From contig CALCFG010000136.1 in NCBI GenBank assembly GCA_937900565.1, positions 513 to 64,512 of the forward strand: a DNA stretch of 64,000 bases, in the 5' to 3' direction. The translations under genes and the position numbers were made by a program. This stretch comes from an uncultured Erysipelotrichaceae bacterium. GTDB taxonomy: Bacteria > Bacillota_I > Bacilli_A > Erysipelotrichales > Erysipelotrichaceae. Every line of letters starts with the position of its first letter. Position 1 is the first letter of the stretch. Under the pieces are notes generated by a model. That model had not been told where the DNA came from. It made no database searches and saw nothing but the letters and a program-made list of their open reading frames with translations. This document shows positions 56,959 through 64,000 of the stretch, one piece after another.

Positions 56959-57498
56959 TTATTTATATACAGGTGGATTTAATGCGCGTTGCATCTTACT
57001 TTGCACACTAGGGGTGTAGACCACATGGTGGAAACGTAACCAACGCATAAATTCTTTTTCATGATTTGGATCTTGGTCAATGGCTTCGAACTCAATTTCA
57101 AAATCATCCCCCCAATCAAAAATTGAATGGTCCACACAGATTTCACCACTTTTAATATGCAATACAGATCTTACAGTGGAAGAATGTCCTAATGAAGTGA
57201 AAGGACCAACAATATTAAATTGCTCATATATTGGTTGAAGTAATGGATGATTGATGTCATCATTAGGTAATTCAACTTCGTATTCACGATGATAATTACC
57301 TTCTTTCTTCTTAAGTGTAAATAAGAAAGAAGATCCATTGCGACGAATGCGCAAGGCCACATCACTTGGTTGAGTAGCAGCTTGATAGTAGTGGTTATAA
57401 TGTGACATAGTAGTTTCAAATTCACAAGTAGCACACAAATGATGGTAAATTTGTTTCGATATCATTACCTTCGTTTCAATTTCTAAATTCTCTCTCAT
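56959..57498 (-). CDS. CYTH-domain protein (YjbK-like triphosphate tunnel metalloenzyme)
   Basis: LEIETKVMI (ExExK signature) at the N-terminus, about 180 aa. Divergent neighbour of nadK as in Bacillus (yjbK...ppnK). Start taken at MRENLEIE. Confidence 0.65.
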   Translation of the reverse strand: MRENLEIETKVMISKQIYHHLCATCEFETTMSHYNHYYQAATQPSDVALRIRRNGSSFLFTLKKKEGNYHREYEVELPNDDINHPLLQPIYEQFNIVGPFTSLGHSSTVRSVLHIKSGEICVDHSIFDWGDDFEIEFEAIDQDPNHEKEFMRWLRFHHVVYTPSVQSKMQRALNPPVYK

Positions 57499-57522
57499 AA
57501 CTCTATTATATAATGGATTAGT

Positions 57523-58293
57523 ATGAAAAAATTCAATATCGTCGCAAGAAGTGATACGAAAAGTAATGAATATGCGAAACAGCTGAAAGAAAAATGCATT
57601 ATTAACGGCATGATTCATGATGAAATTGATCCTGAAGTCGTTATTGTAGTTGGCGGTGATGGATCTGTACTGTATGCGATGAGCCAATATATGCATAAAA
57701 TCGAAGATATTGTTTTTGTGGGTGTTAAAACAGGAACATTGGGCTTTTTTTGTGATTATACTGAAAATGAATTTGATTTGTTAATTGATGATATATTAAA
57801 TAATCACTTAATAGTGAACCATTACCCATTGTTACAAGCAAAATGTGATGGTTATCGACAAATCTTTTATGCATTAAATGAAATACGGATTGAAGATATT
57901 GTCGCGACAATGGATATGGATGTATTTATTAATAACCAATTATTTGAACATTACCGTGGGACTGGAATGTGTGTATCTACCCAATTGGGTAGTAGTGCAT
58001 ATAATCGTTCATTAGGTGGTGCATTGTTGCAGGAAGGGTTAGAATTAATGCAAATGACTCAAATTGCAGGTATTCATCACAGTCAATACCGTTCATTGCA
58101 ATCCCCATTGATTTTAGGTAAACAATCAACGATACGTTTTGTATCGGATGGGTTTGCTCAAGCGCGTATGGGAGTGGATGTCTTAAGTTTTCCTTTACGT
58201 AAAAGTAAAGAGATTGAAATTACTTATTCATCCCGTTACGTTCAATTGGTGCGTAGAGTTACATATTTAAATCGATTGAAAGTACTATTCTAG
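57523..58293 (+). CDS. nadK: NAD kinase
   Basis: VVIVVGGDGSVLYA (GGDG motif), NEIRIE, and GSSAYNRSLGG. Confidence 0.9.
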   Translation: MKKFNIVARSDTKSNEYAKQLKEKCIINGMIHDEIDPEVVIVVGGDGSVLYAMSQYMHKIEDIVFVGVKTGTLGFFCDYTENEFDLLIDDILNNHLIVNHYPLLQAKCDGYRQIFYALNEIRIEDIVATMDMDVFINNQLFEHYRGTGMCVSTQLGSSAYNRSLGGALLQEGLELMQMTQIAGIHHSQYRSLQSPLILGKQSTIRFVSDGFAQARMGVDVLSFPLRKSKEIEITYSSRYVQLVRRVTYLNRLKVLF

Positions 58294-58302
58294 GAGAGGA
58301 AT

Positions 58303-59850
58303 ATGAGTAAATGGCAAGGATATTTGGACACGTTAAGCAGTGTCATTAAAGTTATATTTTTTATGAGCGTAATGGTTGTTATTGGCCAAATTATATGCAA
58401 TGACGCATTCCGTTCATTGTATGTAATTAGTGATTCAACAGCAATTATGGTAGGGGAATCATTATTGCGTATTGGTCAATTTTTATTGTGGTATTCTCCA
58501 TTGCTTTTTTTAATGCGCTTGGTTGTGAGTAAGAATCGAGCGTATGATAACATAATGTTAGCATTTATTGGCTATATTACATTTGTTGTCTTTAGTATTT
58601 ATTTTGGGGCAGGACGCATGGGGTTAAATGCGTATCGCCCTATATTAGGGATTACGGTAAGCACTAGTCGGTTGTCATTAATGGCCAACAAAGTGAATGA
58701 ACCAATATTTACCGGTATTATCGGGGCAATTGCGACAGTATTTGTAGTTCGCTTTGTTTCAAATCGAGTAAAAAATATGCATACAATTGGGTTGTTGGGA
58801 AATGTAGATATAGAATTTAGAAGTTATATTTATGTTATCGTATTAAGTATATTGGCTTCTTTATTAGTATCGTTAGCGTGGCCGTGGTTTTTCTCAGTAA
58901 TTATGGGCATTTTAAACTTTATTCGCAGTGATTTAAATAATCCGGTAAATCTATATATCTATGGCATGATGGATCGTATCATGAATTTATTGGGGTTAAC
59001 AGCAACGATGCGTACACCTTTCTGGTATGACACAATGGGTGGAAGTATTTCCACCATTGCTGGGCAAACGGTAGCGGGCGATGTGAATATGTTTGCTTAC
59101 AGTTATGCAGAGAATTTAACCAACGCTGGTGTTGGACGATTAATTACACCATACTATGTGTTTAATATTTTTGTATTACCAGTAACTTTAATTGCGTTAT
59201 ATCGGGTTAATAGTGATATTTTAGAAAAGAAACGCAATCGATTTATGGTGTTTTTTATGATGTTAATTTCGATTATGGGTGGTGGAATGTTCCCTTTTGA
59301 ACTCTTCCTGTTGTTTTTGTCACCTTCGTTATTTATTTTTCATATTTTATCTTTCGGGGCACTATTTGGAATTTTAAATAGCTTCCATATTAATTTAGGA
59401 TTTATAGCCAATAATGCGACAATTACCGCTATTCCTGGCAATATATTGGAATATATAACGTATTTAAGTAATTACCGGTATCGTAGCGCGTGTGTTGGCG
59501 TCGCTATTGTGGGTATAGTCGTTGCGCTAATTTACTATGCAGTATTTACCATTTACTTTAAAAAATTAAATGTGGATAGCTTTGGCGCCAATTGTAAACC
59601 GGTAGCAAAAGCTATTGTGAAGGCATTTGGAGGAGTGGGCAACTTAAAATATGTTAATGCTTCGTTAGCGCATATCAGCGTACAAGTTTTTGATCCTAAT
59701 GCCATTGATTTGTATCAATTGAAGAAAGTTGGGGCTACTAAAGTGGTTGAAAAACGCAGTGGATATACAATATTCTTTGGTGGCAAATCATTTATGATTA
59801 AACGGTGCATTGATGCAATCATTAATGCAAGTGTACGCACAGTTGAATAA
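58303..59850 (+). CDS. PTS glucose-family EIICB-like membrane protein with a degenerate (Cys-less) EIIB domain
   Basis: The polytopic EIIC-like region has MFPFELFLLFLSPSLFIFHILSFG in place of the GITEP.EF..F..P.LY..H motif. The C-terminal domain aligns with E. coli PtsG EIIB ([22 protein letters not shown] vs AFGGVGNLKYVNASLAHISVQV), with Ser (TCG 59662-59664) at the phospho-Cys position. Confidence 0.65.
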   Translation: MSKWQGYLDTLSSVIKVIFFMSVMVVIGQIICNDAFRSLYVISDSTAIMVGESLLRIGQFLLWYSPLLFLMRLVVSKNRAYDNIMLAFIGYITFVVFSIYFGAGRMGLNAYRPILGITVSTSRLSLMANKVNEPIFTGIIGAIATVFVVRFVSNRVKNMHTIGLLGNVDIEFRSYIYVIVLSILASLLVSLAWPWFFSVIMGILNFIRSDLNNPVNLYIYGMMDRIMNLLGLTATMRTPFWYDTMGGSISTIAGQTVAGDVNMFAYSYAENLTNAGVGRLITPYYVFNIFVLPVTLIALYRVNSDILEKKRNRFMVFFMMLISIMGGGMFPFELFLLFLSPSLFIFHILSFGALFGILNSFHINLGFIANNATITAIPGNILEYITYLSNYRYRSACVGVAIVGIVVALIYYAVFTIYFKKLNVDSFGANCKPVAKAIVKAFGGVGNLKYVNASLAHISVQVFDPNAIDLYQLKKVGATKVVEKRSGYTIFFGGKSFMIKRCIDAIINASVRTVE

Positions 59851-59857
59851 TTCAATA

Positions 59858-59885
59858 AAAGAAGGATTTTGTATCCTTCTTTTCA
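59858..59885 (+). terminator. rho-independent terminator
   Basis: AAAGAAGGAT-TTTGT-ATCCTTCTTT. Confidence 0.75.
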
Positions 59886-59930
59886 ATTGCGCATTTAAAG
59901 AAATGATTGAAAAAATGTATAATATTAGCC

Positions 59931-62459
59931 ATGAGTGATAATAAAGAACAATTAAGTCCAATGCTTGCGCATTGGCGTAGTGTTAAAGATAGTCAAAAAG
60001 ATGCCATCGTCCTTTATCGTGCGGGGGATTTTTATGAAATGTTTTTTGAGGATGCATTGCTTGCCTCCAGTGAATTGGATTTGGTATTAACCGGTAAAAA
60101 TGCCGGATTAAAAGAAAAAGCACCAATGTGTGGGGTACCTGCCCGCAGTGTTAATCAATACATACAAAAGTTAGTTCAATTGGGTCATAAAGTTGCCATT
60201 GTGGAACAAATGGAAGATCCTAAAACTGCAAAAGGAATGGTAAAACGTGATGTCATTCGTATTGTTACGCCGGGTACCTTTGTAGAAGTTGAAGATGACA
60301 AAACAACCATTACAATTGGGTCCTTGGTTGATAATGGTATTGGTTATTTATTAACGCTGGTAGATATGGCCAGTGGGTATGTTTGTATTAAACGATTGGA
60401 ACACCAATTGGCGAGTGTAATTCAAGAGATTAAAGTCAATAACTGTAAAGAAATTATTGTCAATCAAACGATTGGTGAGACGAATTTGCAAGGGCTTCGT
60501 CAGGTCAGTGGTTTGACAATTTCTTATTGTGAAGAAAATAAATTAAAAGATAGTTATGTACCATTAATTGGCAGTGATGATGTCTTTATTAAATTAGGGT
60601 GCGCTATTTTATTTAATTATTTAGAAATTACACAAAAGACTTTATTGGCGCATCTACAACCGATAGAAATCATTGACTATGCCCAACAAATGAAGCTTGA
60701 TTATGCTTCTTTGGTGAATTTGGAGTTAACCAGTGCTCCACATTCACAATCGAATATGTGTTTATGGACTTATATGGATCATTGTCAAAGTGCAATGGGG
60801 TCAAGGCTATTAAAAAAATGGATTGAAAGTCCTTTATTAAACGAATCTGTTATCAATCATCGTTTAGAACAAGTGACGTTTTTAGTAAATAATGTTTTAT
60901 TAAGGGCTTCTTTAAAAGAGACTTTGGCTAAAATATACGATATTCAACGGTTATGCGCGCGTTTAGCCATGAATACTATCCATCCAATGGATTTATTGCG
61001 CTTAGGTAAAACATTGGAAGTCTTACCTGACTTAAAACGTTTATTATCTGATCCTTTGTTTAATGAATATACCCAATTTGATACATACGACAATTTGTGT
61101 CATGAAATACTGTCCGGATTAGTGGAAAATCCGCCATTATCCAGTAAAGAAGGGGGTATTTTTAATCCTGGTTATAACGAAGCATTGGATGAAATCAAAT
61201 CCGCCATTTCTAATAACAAACAATGGTTATTGGATTATGAATCCAGTCAAAAAGAATTAACCGGGATTAAAAATTTACGTATCGTTTATTCGCGTAATTT
61301 TGGTTATTGTTTGGAAGTAAGTAAAGGTCAAGTTAATCAAGTCAAAGAAGAATATGGTTACATAAGACGCCAAACATTAACCAATGTGGAACGTTACACT
61401 ACCAATGCTTTAAAGGAACACGAAGACTTATTAATTAATGGCCAAAGTAAAGCCGTTGCTTTAGAATCTCAACTATTTGATGCGTTAAAAGATAAAGCCA
61501 AACAATATGTTTATCAATTCCAACGCATTGCTTCTTGTATTGCGACGATGGATTGTTTGTATGCATTATCCATTGTAAGTAGTCAAAAAGGTTTTACGCG
61601 ACCTACTTTTGGTAAAAACTGTGTTATTAATCAAGGTAAACATCCATTATTGGATGAATTAATGAAGCGCCAAAGCATTGGTAATGATGTTAATATTGAT
61701 GCTTCCCATTGCATTCAACTAATTACTGGGCCTAACATGGGTGGTAAATCCACATATATGCGTATGGTTGCCATTACCAGTGTCATGGCACAAATGGGTT
61801 GCTTCATCTTAGCTAAACAAGCGATGTTACCTTTGTATGATGCCATCTATACACGCATTGGTGCTTCCGATGACTTAAGCAGTGGGCAATCGACATTTAT
61901 GGTCGAGATGAATGAGGCGAATTATGCCTTACGGCATGCTACAAAGCATAGTCTGATTATATTTGATGAAATTGGTCGTGGTACAAGTACGTATGATGGA
62001 ATGGCATTAGCACAAGGAATGATTGAATTCATTGCCAATAACATTCATGCCAACACCTTATTTTCTACCCATTATCATGAATTAACCCATATTTCTGCAA
62101 GTGTTGATTGTGTTAATAACATCTATGCGAGCGTAAATGAACATGAAGATACGATTGAATTTACTTATAAGATTAAACAAGGTAATGCGGATCGTAGTTA
62201 CGGTATTCATGTTGCAAAACTTGCGAATTTACCCTATGAGGTTTTGGATAAAGCCAATCGTTTAGTGCATCAATTGGAAAGTAAACAAACCGTTATCCAA
62301 CCAAGTTTATTTGATCAACCGACGGAAGTGCAAACGATAGTTAAACCAAGTGAAACACTTAAGACTTTAGCCCAAATGGACCCTAACAATATAACTCCAA
62401 TGCAAGCTTTGCAATTGTTAGTTCAATTAAAAGAAATGGCAGAAAAAGAATATGAGTAA
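59931..62459 (+). CDS. mutS: DNA mismatch repair protein MutS
   Basis: LSPMLAHW......DAIVLYRAGDFYEMFFEDA, Walker A ITGPNMGGKST, STFMVEM, DEIGRGTSTYDG. Confidence 0.93.
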   Translation: MSDNKEQLSPMLAHWRSVKDSQKDAIVLYRAGDFYEMFFEDALLASSELDLVLTGKNAGLKEKAPMCGVPARSVNQYIQKLVQLGHKVAIVEQMEDPKTAKGMVKRDVIRIVTPGTFVEVEDDKTTITIGSLVDNGIGYLLTLVDMASGYVCIKRLEHQLASVIQEIKVNNCKEIIVNQTIGETNLQGLRQVSGLTISYCEENKLKDSYVPLIGSDDVFIKLGCAILFNYLEITQKTLLAHLQPIEIIDYAQQMKLDYASLVNLELTSAPHSQSNMCLWTYMDHCQSAMGSRLLKKWIESPLLNESVINHRLEQVTFLVNNVLLRASLKETLAKIYDIQRLCARLAMNTIHPMDLLRLGKTLEVLPDLKRLLSDPLFNEYTQFDTYDNLCHEILSGLVENPPLSSKEGGIFNPGYNEALDEIKSAISNNKQWLLDYESSQKELTGIKNLRIVYSRNFGYCLEVSKGQVNQVKEEYGYIRRQTLTNVERYTTNALKEHEDLLINGQSKAVALESQLFDALKDKAKQYVYQFQRIASCIATMDCLYALSIVSSQKGFTRPTFGKNCVINQGKHPLLDELMKRQSIGNDVNIDASHCIQLITGPNMGGKSTYMRMVAITSVMAQMGCFILAKQAMLPLYDAIYTRIGASDDLSSGQSTFMVEMNEANYALRHATKHSLIIFDEIGRGTSTYDGMALAQGMIEFIANNIHANTLFSTHYHELTHISASVDCVNNIYASVNEHEDTIEFTYKIKQGNADRSYGIHVAKLANLPYEVLDKANRLVHQLESKQTVIQPSLFDQPTEVQTIVKPSETLKTLAQMDPNNITPMQALQLLVQLKEMAEKEYE

Positions 62460-64000
62460 TATTGCCATTTTAAGTCAACAATTAACCAATATGATTGCTG
62501 CCGGTGAAGTGGTTGAACGACCACTTCAAGTGGTTAAGGAGTTAGTAGAAAACAGTATTGATGCGAAAGCTAAAAATATTGAAATCACATTAAAAACTGG
62601 TGGTATCGAATTTATAGGCATTAAGGATGATGGATGTGGCATTGCTTACGATCAATTACCATTAGCTTTTATGCGTCATGCAACAAGTAAGATTAATGAT
62701 GTTTCACAACTATTTCAGATTGAAACAATGGGATTTCGTGGTGAAGCTTTACCCAGTATTGCTTCCGTGGCTAAAGTAACTTGCGATAGTAATGATGGTA
62801 AGACAAGTGGCCGTTATGTTGTGGATAATGGTGAAGTCATTACGCATCAACCAATTGATTGTGATTTAGGTACTCATATTCGTGTTGAACATTTATTTGC
62901 AAAAGTTCCTGCACGATTAAAGCATTTAAAAAATGACCATTATGAACAATCTTTAATCGTAAATACTATTCAAAAAATGGCATTAATTAATTTGAATATT
63001 GCTTTTACATTAATTGCGGATGATCAAATATTATTTGAAAGTGATGGTAAAGGTAATATTGAAAATACGATCTTTGCTATCTATGGTAAAGCAGTGACAC
63101 AATCATTAATGCATTTTAAAGAGCAACAATTCGATATTGCCATACAAGGGGTTATTGCTGCCAGCCAATTTGGCCGCAGCAATAAAAACCAAATCACATT
63201 AAGTTTAAATGGTCGCTATATTCGACCCAATAAATTAATGGCAGTAATTTTAAGTGCAATTAAACAATATTATCCGGAAGGTAAATACCCGATTCTTGTC
63301 TTAAATGTGTCCATGGAATATGCCTTGGTGGATGTCAATGTGCATCCAAGTAAATTGGAAGTAAGAATATCTAAAGAAAATCAATTGGAATCCATGGTGT
63401 TTAATGCACTTGAAGCGACTCTTAGGCAAAGTAATACGTACATTGAATATGCACCAATTGTTGATAGAGAACCGATAGCATCAAGCACCGCTAAAGAAAC
63501 GATTCAATATAATCATCAACAAGTAAATAAACCAAGTCAAATGAGTTTGGATTTTAGCGTACCACTAGTAAATCCGTTGGTATCTAATGCGCCATACCAA
63601 CCGCATCCGCAAACCAAAGAGTCTGCAATAACCCCTATTGTAGAAACTGTTAATGAAGTAAAGAGTCAATTTAATTCATCACTTACCAACAAATCCCCAT
63701 TAACTTTAATTGGTCAAATGCATGGGAAATTCATATTAGCCAGTGATGAAAGTGGGTTGGTGATTATTGATCAACACGCAGCTCAAGAAAGGGTACATTA
63801 TGAACAAATCCGTTCATTAATGCTTAATAATAAGCAAAGTTATCCACTACTTTCTCCAATATTGATACCATTTAATCAATCCAATGAATCTACATTGCAT
63901 TTTGTAAATCAAAAAGTCGCCTCAATTGGACTTAAATTTGAAAATTTTGGTAATAATGAATGGGTATTAAGGGAAGTACCGAGTTGGGCAAAAGATATTC
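62452..64000 (+). CDS. mutL: DNA mismatch repair protein MutL (5' part; continues past the window end)
   Basis: MSNIAILSQQLTNMIAAGEVVERPLQVVKELVENSIDA, DDGCGI, and GFRGEAL motifs. The frame is open to base 64000. The start overlaps the mutS stop. Confidence 0.9.
   Translation, partial: MSNIAILSQQLTNMIAAGEVVERPLQVVKELVENSIDAKAKNIEITLKTGGIEFIGIKDDGCGIAYDQLPLAFMRHATSKINDVSQLFQIETMGFRGEALPSIASVAKVTCDSNDGKTSGRYVVDNGEVITHQPIDCDLGTHIRVEHLFAKVPARLKHLKNDHYEQSLIVNTIQKMALINLNIAFTLIADDQILFESDGKGNIENTIFAIYGKAVTQSLMHFKEQQFDIAIQGVIAASQFGRSNKNQITLSLNGRYIRPNKLMAVILSAIKQYYPEGKYPILVLNVSMEYALVDVNVHPSKLEVRISKENQLESMVFNALEATLRQSNTYIEYAPIVDREPIASSTAKETIQYNHQQVNKPSQMSLDFSVPLVNPLVSNAPYQPHPQTKESAITPIVETVNEVKSQFNSSLTNKSPLTLIGQMHGKFILASDESGLVIIDQHAAQERVHYEQIRSLMLNNKQSYPLLSPILIPFNQSNESTLHFVNQKVASIGLKFENFGNNEWVLREVPSWAKDI

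Noticed and set aside
2270-59930. N-terminally extended starts given by the ORF track: 2270, 4555, 15742 (minus strand), 18796, 21647, 22635, 23392, 32547, 34870, 38219, 39015, 42250, 46610, 49037, 51925, 52286, 56953 (minus strand), 57696 (minus strand), 59907
   Set aside because: In each case an internal ATG has a better SD and spacing and matches the conserved family N-terminus. Several extensions also run through upstream terminators or the preceding gene.
1-64000. CRISPR arrays, tRNA/rRNA genes, integrase or phage genes, known defence-system signatures
   Set aside because: No spaced repeat arrays, cloverleaf-like segments or rRNA-like conserved blocks were seen in the intergenic regions. 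All large ORFs are accounted for by the annotations above.

Overview
AT-rich chromosomal segment of a low-GC Gram-positive bacterium. Assignment to Bacillota, probably Erysipelotrichia-like, is inferred from gene content and synteny only. No rRNA, tRNA or CRISPR array was seen. The left ~16 kb looks accessory. It holds the 3' end of a surface protein gene and a LacI/cre-controlled nucleoside-utilisation operon (ribokinase, DcuC-family carrier, nucleoside hydrolase). It also holds a Lac/cellobiose-family PTS locus that carries peptidase-like genes instead of a glycosidase, and an IS3/IS150-like element whose transposase is one fused ORF. The rest is origin-proximal housekeeping: preQ1-I riboswitch-queT, tmk-holB-ricT-rsmI, cysS-mrnC-rlmB plus a SigH-like gene, comFA-comFC-secA-prfB with the +1 frameshift, uppP, nadK, and mutS-mutL. 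Accessory modules are interspersed. These are two extracytoplasmic FMN-bind/FAD flavoprotein reductase lipoproteins, a CcdA-TlpA fusion, and a Phd/RelE toxin-antitoxin cassette flanked by direct repeats. There is also a glgB-glgP-pullulanase cluster, two ABC systems, a decayed ATPase gene, and an EIICB-like protein with a dead EIIB domain. The strongest candidates for undescribed biology are the PTS + DUF1177-like + MlrC/M81-like locus, the two orphan flavin reductases, and the catalytically dead EIICB protein. All functional calls rest on motif recognition by eye. No database search was run.
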